IMG/VR virus record: IMGVR_UViG_3300007229_000039
Location: 1-32,659 of that record
Strand: one strand, 5' to 3'
Origin: a virus
Lineage: Duplodnaviria > Caudoviricetes
DNA: 32,659 nucleotides
Positions 7,429-18,309 of this stretch are shown piece by piece. Positions within the stretch are counted from its first letter, which is position 1. The number at the start of each line of letters is the position of its first letter. The translations under genes were made by a program, and so were the position numbers. The notes under the pieces are model-generated. The model did no database searches, had not been told where the DNA came from, and saw only the letters and a program-made list of their open reading frames with translations.

Positions 7429-10400
7429 ATGTTTAACCCCTGTACTGTTATATTTGCGTTGTTAATGCCACGACCTATAGCTGTGTCTGCTTCTACATCA
7501 TTAAAAAGACCGAAAAGCCATACAGTATAATCTTTATTGCCTTCTAATGTTGTTAAGTTTGATAGGCTATAATTCTGTTGTCCATCACCAATAGTTTTAG
7601 TCCCCACTGTGAACATATAATCAGCAGGATTGCTAGAACCAAAATTAGTCACATCGTCCGTTTGGACGCAAACTAACGCAAAACCAGTAGTAGAGTCGGC
7701 ATCAAAATTACCCACACTATTAAACTCACTCTTTATATTAAAAGCCTTAGTACCAGAAAAGTTATAAGTCTTGAAAGTGTGTGCTAATAAAGGAGCGCCA
7801 CCCATAACAGCACCAACTATAGTAGTAGGTGTAGTAACTGGGTTACTAGGAACTGCAATAGTTTGTGACTGCATGTATTCAATGTAAGAAGCATTAGGGC
7901 CAGAAGCAACAACATCTGCTAAGTCAGGATACATAGGCACATACGTTATATTTGTAAAAACAGTACCACCTTCTATCTCTGTTTTAGCTATATGGTTGGG
8001 TATTTGATCAATAAAGTTACTTACTGATACTCCACTTGAGTCAGGTAATCCTATAGACACACCTGAGACACCATCGTTTATACCAACAGAACCCTGATAA
8101 GCTTTACCGGCTACATCGAGCGTGTTCACCTTAATTATGTTAGCATTAATAGTATCTACAGTCATTGAGGATGTGCTTATAGAACCAGCAAGTATTTTAT
8201 TGCCTGTAATACTACCATCAACTACTAAACCGCCATCTATGTATAAGACAACAGTTTGATCAAATATCCCAATACCTGCCTCATTGACACTGCCACATAT
8301 TTTAGTCACTAAGTTAGTTCTGTTATCTATTTGTGATAACGTAACTACATCACCTATAACAGGGAGTCTCTTTGCTCTAGCTTGTATAAGATTAGTTGCT
8401 TGTTGATTAGTAAAAGAAGTGGTTGCCATATTACCAGAGAACTGACCAGCACCGTTAGTACCGTGTGTACCGTTAGATCCGTTTGCACCTGAGATCTGAA
8501 TAGGGTTTCCCCATGAACCTTCTGAGGTATTACGTCCAAATCTTTGTACCATCCAATTAACACTGGCAGATGGTTGTTTAGTCCAACCACCATTTGTAGC
8601 CACACCGTTTCCAAACCAAGCATTGCTAGGTTTAGTGGGTGTTACTGCAATATTATTATAGTTGTATGCTACATAAACATTTATACCATCAACACCATCA
8701 ACACCATCAGCGCCATTAGTACCGTTAGTACCAGACTCAACCATGAGTTCCCAAGCTTGTCCTACAGCGTCATAAATTCTTACTTGACCTGTAAAAGCAC
8801 CACCTGTGTCTTTGTAAGCCCAGTTAGCTGCCGCCATGTGATTAGTAGTACCATTTGAATATGTAGGAAGTTCTGGTGGCAAGGCTAGTTCACCTTTCCA
8901 GACCATACCAGCGACACCATCAGTACCGCTGTCTCCGTCTGCTGCTACTTGGTAATACGCAGTATCTTGGTAGATATAGCTTCTTTTAGCGCCTACATCG
9001 TAATAAGCCATACCATCAGCTAGAGGAGTGTTTGCAGTCACAAAAGTAGCTCGATCAGCGTACTCACCTTTCCAGTCTATAGTTGTACCATCAGCACCTT
9101 TAACTAATTGCCATGTATAAACAGCGTAGTCTGTTGGATCGGGAGGTATAATACCCGCAGCTACAGTTTGAACGTAAATACCTAAGTAATTTCTTCCATT
9201 TGGAAGATCAACACTAAAGTCTGATACTACACCACCAAGAAAATTAGCGTAAGCGTAATGAAGAAAAGTCCGAGCACCCTCAGGGCCGGTAGCTCCGTCA
9301 GCACCATCCGCACCAGCAGCTCCATCAACACCATCAGCGCCATTAGTACCATTAGTACCATTAGCGCCATTAACGCCGTTTGCGCCATCAACTCCAGCAT
9401 CACCTTTGACTTGACCTACATTAGTAAAATCATTAACGTCTATAGGGGCTGTTGTGCTTGTACAAACATATAAATCACCGTCAATTATATAACCATCCCC
9501 TAAAGTCACAGACGACAAGCTACTCAGAGCAGCCTCGTTCGCTAAAGTACCTAATATACTTACAGATGTGCCATGAGCGCCATCAATACCGTTTGTACCA
9601 TTAGTACCGTTTGTACCATTAGTACCGTCTGCACCCGCAGGGCCGGTAGAACCACCTACGCCATTTATACCATTAGTACCATTAGTACCATGAGTACCAG
9701 CAGCGCCAGAATCACCTTGTCGGTAGAATAATTTAGGTAAAGACCACCCGTTGTTTGACCAAACACCGTTAACTTCAACGTACCTAGTTGTAGATACCCA
9801 CTCAATATCTAGTAAAGAAGCTGTGGGTGAGTCATACCAACTTGTAGGGAAAGTCTCAGAAGTACCATCAAACGTGCCGCCTGTAGGAGTTAAAGGACGT
9901 GAACCAGCCGTGGTAAAGATAAAACTTTTGAAAGCCCCTGTGTCGCCATCAAGGTAATCAACACCCTTTACTGGAGGCTCTCCATCTACACCGTCCGAAA
10001 ATGTAACAACGTCACCAGCTCCGTTATCAATAGTGTAAGTACCATTACCGTTATCAGTTATTGTGGGGATAGGTACAGAACCGTCATTACCATCAGCCAC
10101 TACAATAGAAACATTGGTTGAAGAATCAGTGATAATATAAGAGCCATCATCTTGTAGCGTTAATGCAATATTACCCCCACCGCCACCGCCAATTACAGTA
10201 GTAGTACCATCAATTATAGTAGTATTAGTGCCGCCTGTGTTATTAATGAGATTAACTACAACCTCTACTACATCGCCAGCATTTAAAGTTGCAAAGTAAA
10301 TACGATTGTTTGTAAGATCAACAAAGTAATCATCAGCACCTACGATAGCCACCACATTTATTTTAGTTTCCGCACGTACTAGCTTAACACCGTTTAGAAA

Positions 10401-10955
10401 AACTAAAGCACTATTATCAACTGAGCCTAAAGAGACATAGCTGTAACCAGCCTCATCATTACTAAATATTTCAAATTTATGCGAGCTGTTAGTAGGTACA
10501 GCTAACTTCCAAACAGTACCATCATAAATTTTAAGACTCTTTGTGTTTATATCAAACCAAAGATTACCTGTTATAGGGTCAGAAGGAACCGCAGTTGAAG
10601 CTGTGTAAAATTTAGTACCTGAGATGTTTGTTTCAGAAGCTGTATCAAAGGCTTCCTGAGATAGATAGAATAACTGATTAGAATCTAAATCTAAAGTATC
10701 AGCCGTCAGTAGAGAAGCGTCAGAGTAATCTGTAAGTCTTGCGTCTCTGCTAGAGCTTCTTGCTATACGTACCTCAACCGCATTTGCGGGAGCTACAGCA
10801 AAAGTAAGAGATGTACCACTTAATGTGTAATTCACACCTAATGTCTGCACGTCCCCATCCACTACCACTTCTAAATGAGATTCCTCAAGGTATGGCGGTG
10901 TAGTAAAAGTTCTTAAACTACCGTTACCGGCATAGTATATATATGAGTTTGCCAT
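7425..10955 (-). CDS. Tail fibre protein (T7 gp17-like N-terminus, collagen-like repeats)
   Basis: N-terminal T7 adaptor motif (RLTDYSDASLLTADTLDLDSNQLFYLSQE); several G-X-Y runs; 1176 aa. Confidence 0.92.
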   Translation of the reverse strand: MANSYIYYAGNGSLRTFTTPPYLEESHLEVVVDGDVQTLGVNYTLSGTSLTFAVAPANAVEVRIARSSSRDARLTDYSDASLLTADTLDLDSNQLFYLSQEAFDTASETNISGTKFYTASTAVPSDPITGNLWFDINTKSLKIYDGTVWKLAVPTNSSHKFEIFSNDEAGYSYVSLGSVDNSALVFLNGVKLVRAETKINVVAIVGADDYFVDLTNNRIYFATLNAGDVVEVVVNLINNTGGTNTTIIDGTTTVIGGGGGGNIALTLQDDGSYIITDSSTNVSIVVADGNDGSVPIPTITDNGNGTYTIDNGAGDVVTFSDGVDGEPPVKGVDYLDGDTGAFKSFIFTTAGSRPLTPTGGTFDGTSETFPTSWYDSPTASLLDIEWVSTTRYVEVNGVWSNNGWSLPKLFYRQGDSGAAGTHGTNGTNGINGVGGSTGPAGADGTNGTNGTNGTNGIDGAHGTSVSILGTLANEAALSSLSSVTLGDGYIIDGDLYVCTSTTAPIDVNDFTNVGQVKGDAGVDGANGVNGANGTNGTNGADGVDGAAGADGADGATGPEGARTFLHYAYANFLGGVVSDFSVDLPNGRNYLGIYVQTVAAGIIPPDPTDYAVYTWQLVKGADGTTIDWKGEYADRATFVTANTPLADGMAYYDVGAKRSYIYQDTAYYQVAADGDSGTDGVAGMVWKGELALPPELPTYSNGTTNHMAAANWAYKDTGGAFTGQVRIYDAVGQAWELMVESGTNGTNGADGVDGVDGINVYVAYNYNNIAVTPTKPSNAWFGNGVATNGGWTKQPSASVNWMVQRFGRNTSEGSWGNPIQISGANGSNGTHGTNGAGQFSGNMATTSFTNQQATNLIQARAKRLPVIGDVVTLSQIDNRTNLVTKICGSVNEAGIGIFDQTVVLYIDGGLVVDGSITGNKILAGSISTSSMTVDTINANIIKVNTLDVAGKAYQGSVGINDGVSGVSIGLPDSSGVSVSNFIDQIPNHIAKTEIEGGTVFTNITYVPMYPDLADVVASGPNASYIEYMQSQTIAVPSNPVTTPTTIVGAVMGGAPLLAHTFKTYNFSGTKAFNIKSEFNSVGNFDADSTTGFALVCVQTDDVTNFGSSNPADYMFTVGTKTIGDGQQNYSLSNLTTLEGNKDYTVWLFGLFNDVEADTAIGRGINNANITVQGLNI
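9280..9715 (-). repeat. Collagen-like G-X-Y coding repeats (9-bp units)
   Basis: Tandem CCATTAGTA / CCATCAACA-type units encoding GTN, GAD, GVD; further runs near 8680-8735 and 8445-8495. Confidence 0.85.
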
Positions 10956-10970
10956 TATTTTTCCTATTAA

Positions 10971-13900
10971 TTATTGATTGTAACGACCCTGAGAGTCATT
11001 AAGATTCTTTATTGTCCTGTCGAAGGATTGCTTACGTAATGTTTCATCACGAGCGATAATCATATCGAGTGCTTGGTTACGATGGTTGTTAATAAACTCT
11101 TTAGTTTTCTTAACACGAATACCATAAGTTCCAGTTTCACGAGGACTGCCTAGTGGCATGTCATGTGCTGTTGTTAAAGGTAGTAACGCATCAACAAGCG
11201 CACCTCTGTTCTTTTGAAGCTGCTGCATCATTGCATCAAACACGGATACGACTGAACCGTCTTCAAGAGTTGTATCAATAGTTCGTAGATCTGTTTTACC
11301 AAACCTAGCGTCACGATACTTAGCTCTTGTTAAACTACCAAAGCCTAACTCTTCCAAGTCGGCAACATAATCAAGAACAGCCATCTCATCTTCTGAGCGG
11401 CCTGCACTTAAATCATCAGCCTTCGCATAACCAAAACCAGTAATCTGTGTGTAAGAAGCTGGACGCTTCGCCACGTTACCAAAGATGTCATACTGTCTTG
11501 GGATAGAAGTAGCATTAGGTGACCATAAGGATGTCCATCTATCGCCCATTCCAACAATAGAAGTCAGTTCATCCTGACCCATGAAAGCTTCTTGAGATTT
11601 CTTAATAGTGCTAGGAGCAATCATCGTTCCTTTCTTGACTAAGAAGTTACCTAAGAGTTCACTACCCTTCTGCTGATCTTCGCCATTAGGATCTTCAAAG
11701 AAACCAGTTAGCTTAACAGCCGTACCGATTGTATCAGTAACACCTTGTGTTAAGGCTGAATCTTTAAAGGCCGCTATTGCAGTTGCAAAAGCAATACCTA
11801 AACCTGCCATTACATCATCAGGAATAACTCCATCACCTTCTTCGTAACCATTCATGTTCTTGAGTTCGGTATGATCCATATAACCTTCAAGAGCGTTGAT
11901 AACGATAGTCGCTGGAATACGTAAAGGTTCCCAACGTCTAAACTCAACTTCTTTTCCGCCATCGAGGAAGAAAGGATCTTTAATAGTCAAAGGACGCATT
12001 GTAGATCGATTACGTTCACCTTTTTTGGTGTAATCAAGCTCAGGGCTACCAGTCATTTCACCTTGCGCCCACTTCGTAGCTACATACATCATCCAAGCAT
12101 AACCTACAGCCGCTTCTGTCTTAGCTCTGTTCTGACGAGCAATGCCGTTGGCACCTGACAAATCATTCTTGAACTGCGGGAGTAAACCATTAACTGCTGG
12201 AGTAAGACGTAACGACTCGTTGAACAACCAAGCTGGTGTCCGGAAGAATAAGTTACCAAAGAACTTTGACCAAGGATTGTCCTTAACAAAGTCTTCGTAC
12301 TTAGCAGCGTAGTGTTCTACCTTACCAGTAAAACCATCACCGTCCTTACGGAACTCTTTCTTGTACAATAAAGTCTGTACAGCATCGAGAGCATCAGCAT
12401 CTTTAAGCCGTCTCATTCCATCTGTACCAGTCTTCTTCATTTCTTTTAAGACATAATCTTCAAGCTTCTTACCTGAGTACTTTAAGGACTTACCTTTTTC
12501 ATAGAAAGGTTTGAGCTTGTTGATAGTCATGTCATAGTCATAACCTTTATCGATTTCTGCTTTGATATTATCATCTACATACTTTCTTAACTTAGCTCCA
12601 CGCAAACCATCGGCATGAGCTTTAGTAGCTAAAGAATCAAAAGCATTAGCTGCAAGAACTGCTGTAGAAGCAATCTCTTGGTTATACGCATCAGACGCAC
12701 CTAACAATCTAGGGAAGGTTCTAAGGAACCCTGCAACCTTACCATCGATCTTTATACCACCCTCATAGAACCTTTGAGGATCTTGAGTGAGAAGTGTTTG
12801 TTCGTAAGCTGCTGCGGCTCTAGCTGACTTCTTAGCTGCTGCTGTAGCACCAAACATTTGAGCATAAACTCGTAGAGTCTTTCTCCACTTCATTAAAGAT
12901 AAAGGATTATCAAAGATTGTATCTAAAGCTGGGTAGGCATATGTTTTAAGCATTGGCCATACAGTGTTATAGACAACGGTAGACGGACTAAAGACACCTG
13001 AGATAGATAACTCAACAGCCTTCTCCATAGTCGTAGAAGGTTCACCCTTCCAATTTCCTAGAGGATCTCGTTTGTCTAACTCATTAAGCAAGTCAAGGCG
13101 TGTAGGATCGCTTTCACGTCTCTTCATTACTTCGACAAGTCTTTCGTGTACATTAGGTTTACCATCTTTACCTATAGCGTCAATCTCTGCTTCATACTTT
13201 GTATCTAGTGCAGCGACTTCTTTCTTGTAAAGTTTAGTATGTGCTGCATTGATTTCCTCTTCCTTCAGAGGCTCACCAATGTTCTTACGGTAGTTCATGT
13301 AATCTTGGATAGCTTGTAAGTTACGTCCGCTATAAGCGTTAACGTGTTCTCTTACTGCTGCTCCTCGATCATATAGAGACAAGGCTTTTTCTATCTGTTC
13401 GTTTAAAGATTTTGTTTCTACTTCAGACAAATTACCTTTAGACATCAACCCGTGCAGTTTAAGCACATCCTGTCCCATTAACTCATTAGCTTCATTCGCT
13501 ATACGGAGAACTTGGGTATACTCTTTAGGTGTGTATTGATTCTTTTCAAAGTCATCAATAACTTTACCCACTGAGTTAGGATCAGACATCACATCCATTA
13601 GATCAAAAGCATTGTGGAATAGACGAGGTGTTGCACGAGCCTTGGTAGGTCTAGGGTCAGACGAGTCAACTTTAGCTGCCTTAGCATCGAGTTTCTTAGC
13701 TTCCGCCGCAGCCTTAAGTTTACGTGGTGAATCTATAAATCTATAGATTTTCTCACCATTTTCACCTAAGATTATCACACCAGAATAACCACGAGATTTT
13801 AAAGCCTTATCCATCTCAGCATCAGATTTGTTACTTAGGAACTTATTACCTTCTACCTCCTTAGCGGGCCAATCAAACATCTTGACACTATTTAAATCTA

Positions 13901-15125
13901 CCTCTATCTGTTTAGCCTTACCGGCTCTATCAGGACGAGTAGGGTCACGATATAAATCAGCATATCCTTCCTCACTGCTCCACCAGACACCCTCCTCATC
14001 ACCTTGTCTATATAAGACCTTAGGGTCTATTACTTCCTCACCAATAGTAGATGATCTACCTGCAACTTCAATGTCAAAGGCTCTTTGGATTTCTTCAGGA
14101 GAAGCTCCATTGTCAATAGCCTCTGTAACCATCGTTGTAGGGTTATCAATAATCTCTTGAGCTTTACGTGCGCCTTTAGCTACATCAACTGCAATCTCTT
14201 CTCTAACCTTATCAACTTGTACAGCTAACTTCTTATCAGCAAAATGTTTAGCAGTCTTAGTGATACCATAATCTAAACCAGAGCCTAGAACAGCACCACC
14301 CACAAGACCTATACCAGTCATAGCGGCTGTCTGCCCTATGCTGTACTCATCCTGTGCTCCGGCATCTATACGAACATTCTGTTGCATAGAGTCTGATAGA
14401 CCAGTGTGTAATGCGCCCTCTGCACCTGCAAGAGCACCTGCACGTTTCATAGAACTGTTTAAGCCAACTTTAGTAGCAGCATTGACGCTGTACTCACCTG
14501 ACTTTTTAAGAGAAGCTTTAATGGTTTCAGATAGAACTTTCTTACCTGCAAACTTAGCCGTCTGAGAGGCCACTGCCGCTGTTCCTAGCGTGAGTACGCC
14601 AGCCCAGTTAGTAACGTCCGTAAACATTTCCCAACCAGCCTGACCTGCTGTGTGCCAGCTAGAGTTGACTGCATCATACTGATCTAACATGTAGACAAAA
14701 GACTCTTTCATCTCTTGGTCACTCGACATGACACGTTTAGTGTCTATAGCCATGTCACCAATGTTGAAGTTAAAACCAGCCATCTGTTTAAGGCCGTAGT
14801 CAGCAATCTTCTCACGGTAGCTTTCACCGTCATAACCTTCTAACTCTTCATCCCCTACTTGTGGGACGTAGCCATAAGTCATCTTAAAGAAGTTTTGAGA
14901 ACCTTTAATCCATGAGTCGTTACCCTGTAGAGTTTTATGATCAATATCTTGCTGTATCTCAGCGAACTGTGTGTAACCTTTGTCGTTCGTTTCAAACTGT
15001 TGTTGAGGTATGGCAGTGTTCGTTTGTACTGGTTGAGTACCTTGTCCAAGATACGAATCCAGATCAAACTCTTCTGTCTTTTTATCTTTGTTGAGGTACG
15101 CATCTAAATCAAATGGCTCTGCCAT
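10971..15125 (-). CDS. Large internal virion (ejection) protein, gp16 position
   Basis: 1384 aa, helical composition, FFRTP motif, syntenic between the gp15-like gene and the tail fibre. Confidence 0.8.
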   Translation of the reverse strand: MAEPFDLDAYLNKDKKTEEFDLDSYLGQGTQPVQTNTAIPQQQFETNDKGYTQFAEIQQDIDHKTLQGNDSWIKGSQNFFKMTYGYVPQVGDEELEGYDGESYREKIADYGLKQMAGFNFNIGDMAIDTKRVMSSDQEMKESFVYMLDQYDAVNSSWHTAGQAGWEMFTDVTNWAGVLTLGTAAVASQTAKFAGKKVLSETIKASLKKSGEYSVNAATKVGLNSSMKRAGALAGAEGALHTGLSDSMQQNVRIDAGAQDEYSIGQTAAMTGIGLVGGAVLGSGLDYGITKTAKHFADKKLAVQVDKVREEIAVDVAKGARKAQEIIDNPTTMVTEAIDNGASPEEIQRAFDIEVAGRSSTIGEEVIDPKVLYRQGDEEGVWWSSEEGYADLYRDPTRPDRAGKAKQIEVDLNSVKMFDWPAKEVEGNKFLSNKSDAEMDKALKSRGYSGVIILGENGEKIYRFIDSPRKLKAAAEAKKLDAKAAKVDSSDPRPTKARATPRLFHNAFDLMDVMSDPNSVGKVIDDFEKNQYTPKEYTQVLRIANEANELMGQDVLKLHGLMSKGNLSEVETKSLNEQIEKALSLYDRGAAVREHVNAYSGRNLQAIQDYMNYRKNIGEPLKEEEINAAHTKLYKKEVAALDTKYEAEIDAIGKDGKPNVHERLVEVMKRRESDPTRLDLLNELDKRDPLGNWKGEPSTTMEKAVELSISGVFSPSTVVYNTVWPMLKTYAYPALDTIFDNPLSLMKWRKTLRVYAQMFGATAAAKKSARAAAAYEQTLLTQDPQRFYEGGIKIDGKVAGFLRTFPRLLGASDAYNQEIASTAVLAANAFDSLATKAHADGLRGAKLRKYVDDNIKAEIDKGYDYDMTINKLKPFYEKGKSLKYSGKKLEDYVLKEMKKTGTDGMRRLKDADALDAVQTLLYKKEFRKDGDGFTGKVEHYAAKYEDFVKDNPWSKFFGNLFFRTPAWLFNESLRLTPAVNGLLPQFKNDLSGANGIARQNRAKTEAAVGYAWMMYVATKWAQGEMTGSPELDYTKKGERNRSTMRPLTIKDPFFLDGGKEVEFRRWEPLRIPATIVINALEGYMDHTELKNMNGYEEGDGVIPDDVMAGLGIAFATAIAAFKDSALTQGVTDTIGTAVKLTGFFEDPNGEDQQKGSELLGNFLVKKGTMIAPSTIKKSQEAFMGQDELTSIVGMGDRWTSLWSPNATSIPRQYDIFGNVAKRPASYTQITGFGYAKADDLSAGRSEDEMAVLDYVADLEELGFGSLTRAKYRDARFGKTDLRTIDTTLEDGSVVSVFDAMMQQLQKNRGALVDALLPLTTAHDMPLGSPRETGTYGIRVKKTKEFINNHRNQALDMIIARDETLRKQSFDRTIKNLNDSQGRYNQ

Positions 15126-15133
15126 GATCTCTC

Positions 15134-17233
15134 CTATTCAGACTCTTGAGCCTCAGCTTCAGAAAGTCTTAGTTTAATTTTAGCAATCTCTTCGTTTCTC
15201 AACCTAACCCGTAGCGCACCACGAGGTTTAGTTTGGCTCTCTATAATTCTAAGCTTGTTAGCCCAGAATTGAGATTCACTCATAGATTGTGATTCAGTAA
15301 GTTGTTCTTCAAGGCTTAATACTTTTGCCTCTAACTCTGCTCTCTGTTCTTCAAATCGTTCCTTACCTATTTTACCTAGAGGACTATCTTCATCAGAATA
15401 ATCTTCTAGTAGCTCTTCGGTAATGTCCCCAATCTGTTCAGTGATATTATCGAGAGTTGAGTTCTTTAACTCTTCATTAGCTTGAGGTATTGACTTACCA
15501 GCCGCTAACCATTTAGCTTCCTCTTCAGGCTTACCCCTTACATACTGGTTATAAATATCTAAGTCTTCTTGAGAAAGGGCTGCATCTGGTTCTGGGGTGT
15601 CAGTGGAGTTATTAACTGTACCGTCTAAACTTACTTCACCTTCGTTACCTTCATTCACATCACCTTTGAAATCAAACTTAGTTAACTGATCTTCAGCATA
15701 CTCTTCGGTTAACTCTTGTAACTCATCTTTCTGACCAAAGCTTAAAGGTTTACCCTCGTTAGCAGTCATCATCTCTGATAACTTTTTACGATAAAAGGTG
15801 CGAGCCTTTCTAATTATTTTTGTTTGTGTTCGGTCAGGGTAAATAGAACCCATCTCAATTTTCTCTGAAATTAACTTACTAATTTCGTTACCTACAGGCT
15901 TGTACATTTCTTCTAACCCACGCAACTGCATGATAGTATCTAGCTCACCCATAAGGGTGGTTGTAGCGTTAGAGTTAATATCACCTTTAGATTGTAGATA
16001 AGCTGTAAGAGACTCTGGAGTCATCTTGACAGGATCACCAGCAATGTCATTTATTACATTACCGTTCTTATCCGTTAAGAATTCACTGTCGGCTATCGCT
16101 GAGAGTTCTATGAGTTCTTTAGTGTTATTATAGTTAGCTGCGGATACTTTGTCATCAACAATTGCTTTGTTACGATGTGTAAGATAAGCCTCTTGTTCAA
16201 ACATACTTAGATTGTCAAAACCCACATCATTAACTTTAGCATCTAAAGCACCTGAGTGAGCATCATCTTGTGCTTTGTATTTAGCATTAGTACGTTCTGC
16301 TGTTATACGTTGGTTCTCAGTTATTAAATCTGATTTAACTTTATTCTCTAATCTTTGTTTGGTATCTGCAAACTTGTTTAATGTCATAGGGTCTTGAAAC
16401 AAGTCAGGGATGTTATCAGGGTTTAATAATTCTAAACTGTCTGTAGATATAGCTAGTGCCATAACTCTTTCAGATATAATCTTTTTACGTTGGCCGTTAG
16501 TTAGCCCAGAAGTAGCCGCTAATTGTTTATCTAACTCAACTATGTTGCTCCATATTTCAGAGCCAGTAGACTCTGCACCAGCTACAACCATATCATTAAT
16601 AGAGTTACCAAAGGCTCTTCCGAGTTTGTCAAGGTTCTCTGCTGACTTATACTTGTTGTTCTGTACGTCTAACTTCCCTAAGAAACCTTCTAGGGCATTG
16701 TTACGTGCCATCTGGCGGTGAAGACTTACACCGTCCTCTGCATCTGTTGACGTAAATTGTCCGTTTCTTAATGCAGTGTAAGCAGCGTCATCACTGTGTA
16801 GTGTTCCGGCTGCGTCATACTCCAGTTGGATCTGTTGGAAAGCTTTTGTAGCTTCTTGCTTACCTACATCCTGTGCTAACTGTATTTGTAAATACACAGG
16901 TAAGTCAGCGTAGTCTTCACTCTCTGTTAAGCTTTGGATACGGCCTTCTTGGAGGTCTTCGATAGCTTGTGCTGTGGTCGTTGCTAAGGCAGCTTGTTGA
17001 CGCTGCGCTTTCTGCTCCAGCTCCATCGCTTTACCTTTAACGGCTGTGCCGCCAAGACTAGCTAAAGCTTCCAAAGCCTGTGCTGTTTGCATCTTACCAC
17101 TTTTAGCAAGCTTCTGTTCAGCCGTTTCTGTTCGTACAAAGGTGTCAACAAGTCCAGCCTTTTTCTCATAAGCTTTCGTTGCAACTGCGTTGCCGAAGTT
17201 TACAGCCTCAGCTTGTGATTTATTTAATGCCAT
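15134..17233 (-). CDS. Internal virion protein, gp15 position
   Basis: 699 aa helical protein; QTAQALEALASLG N-terminal pattern; synteny. Confidence 0.72.
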   Translation of the reverse strand: MALNKSQAEAVNFGNAVATKAYEKKAGLVDTFVRTETAEQKLAKSGKMQTAQALEALASLGGTAVKGKAMELEQKAQRQQAALATTTAQAIEDLQEGRIQSLTESEDYADLPVYLQIQLAQDVGKQEATKAFQQIQLEYDAAGTLHSDDAAYTALRNGQFTSTDAEDGVSLHRQMARNNALEGFLGKLDVQNNKYKSAENLDKLGRAFGNSINDMVVAGAESTGSEIWSNIVELDKQLAATSGLTNGQRKKIISERVMALAISTDSLELLNPDNIPDLFQDPMTLNKFADTKQRLENKVKSDLITENQRITAERTNAKYKAQDDAHSGALDAKVNDVGFDNLSMFEQEAYLTHRNKAIVDDKVSAANYNNTKELIELSAIADSEFLTDKNGNVINDIAGDPVKMTPESLTAYLQSKGDINSNATTTLMGELDTIMQLRGLEEMYKPVGNEISKLISEKIEMGSIYPDRTQTKIIRKARTFYRKKLSEMMTANEGKPLSFGQKDELQELTEEYAEDQLTKFDFKGDVNEGNEGEVSLDGTVNNSTDTPEPDAALSQEDLDIYNQYVRGKPEEEAKWLAAGKSIPQANEELKNSTLDNITEQIGDITEELLEDYSDEDSPLGKIGKERFEEQRAELEAKVLSLEEQLTESQSMSESQFWANKLRIIESQTKPRGALRVRLRNEEIAKIKLRLSEAEAQESE

Positions 17234-17242
17234 TATGTTATC

Positions 17243-17851
17243 CTATGATACGTTGCTATAATCTGTATAGTTATTAGCGGAGACGTTGCCTGTGTTTGCT
17301 TTAATCTTAGTAACGCCACCAGCTTTGTTCTTGCCAATACTGTTCATACCACCACGCACAGACATTCCGGTTTGAGCACCTTGTGCGGCTGCTCCTAATA
17401 CTTGACCAAACGATACACCTGCACCACCTGATACTGCGTTAATGCGAGATTGGTATGTTGATTGTTGTCCTAATCTTGTCTCACCTAGCTGTGCAGTTTC
17501 TCTACCGAGGTTCTGCGTAACCATAGTGTTGGCTTCTAAGCCTTGACGCATGACGTTTGCAATGATGGCATCGTTAGTATTACCTATAGCGCCTGACTCA
17601 CCGCCTGCTACCACAGACCTTGCTACTAATTCTTTAGTTCTAGCATCGTTACTGAATGCTTCTACAGCGGCTGCTTCATCGTTCTGTAGTTGTTGTAAGT
17701 TAATCTGGCGGTCAGCATCTACTTTAGCTTGTACTGCTGCTCGGTCACTTTCTACCTTAGCTGCGTCTTGGGCATCACTAGCAGCGTTTGCTGCCGATAC
17801 AGATGCGGCCATAGACATCACGCCTATAGTTATTGATATGGGATCACACAT
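17243..17851 (-). CDS. Internal virion protein, gp14 position
   Basis: MCDP start, Ala/Gln/Gly-rich, AGGESGAIGNT motif; synteny. Confidence 0.8.
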   Translation of the reverse strand: MCDPISITIGVMSMAASVSAANAASDAQDAAKVESDRAAVQAKVDADRQINLQQLQNDEAAAVEAFSNDARTKELVARSVVAGGESGAIGNTNDAIIANVMRQGLEANTMVTQNLGRETAQLGETRLGQQSTYQSRINAVSGGAGVSFGQVLGAAAQGAQTGMSVRGGMNSIGKNKAGGVTKIKANTGNVSANNYTDYSNVS

Positions 17852-18308
17852 TTTTCTTAATCCTCAGGAACTGGTAGAAGGGTTGTTTCCCTTCCCCGTA
17901 TTCTTTATTTAATTGGATGAACTCAAAGCCTAATGACTTGAGCCATCTCTTCGAGATTGTATTATCTACATGAACGTAGTTAAGCAAAAGGGGGTAGGTA
18001 TCATTGATACGTTCTACCCACTCTCTTGCTTGCGGGATAAACTCTCTACGTGTTTCTATTAATTTATCTGTGCCTAGTAACCAAGGGCTGCCAAAGACTC
18101 CACAATCAGCCACACCAAACATACCTACAATACTGCCATCCGCATGGATAACCGTGTTGCACTCCTGAGAGCCTCTGTAGCACTCACTAAGGGATTCATA
18201 AGGTTCCAACCCGTTACTATAGAGTATCTCAGTAACGTCCTGTGAGCGCATGTTAGGAGCCATCTCACGGCAGTCTTCAAACTTACTTGGTCTGTAATGG
18301 TGTGTCAT
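17844..18308 (-). CDS. gp13-like protein (acetyltransferase-like fold)
   Basis: MRSQDVTE...GMFG...PWLLGT...LLNYVHVDN...WLKSLGF signature. Confidence 0.85.
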   Translation of the reverse strand: MTHHYRPSKFEDCREMAPNMRSQDVTEILYSNGLEPYESLSECYRGSQECNTVIHADGSIVGMFGVADCGVFGSPWLLGTDKLIETRREFIPQAREWVERINDTYPLLLNYVHVDNTISKRWLKSLGFEFIQLNKEYGEGKQPFYQFLRIKKNV

Positions 18309-18309
18309 A

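Noticed and set aside
5225-10955. Iron-binding HxH motifs in fibres (Ferrojan-horse model) as support for the iron theme
   Set aside because: I found no repeated HxH motifs in the fibre or accessory proteins.
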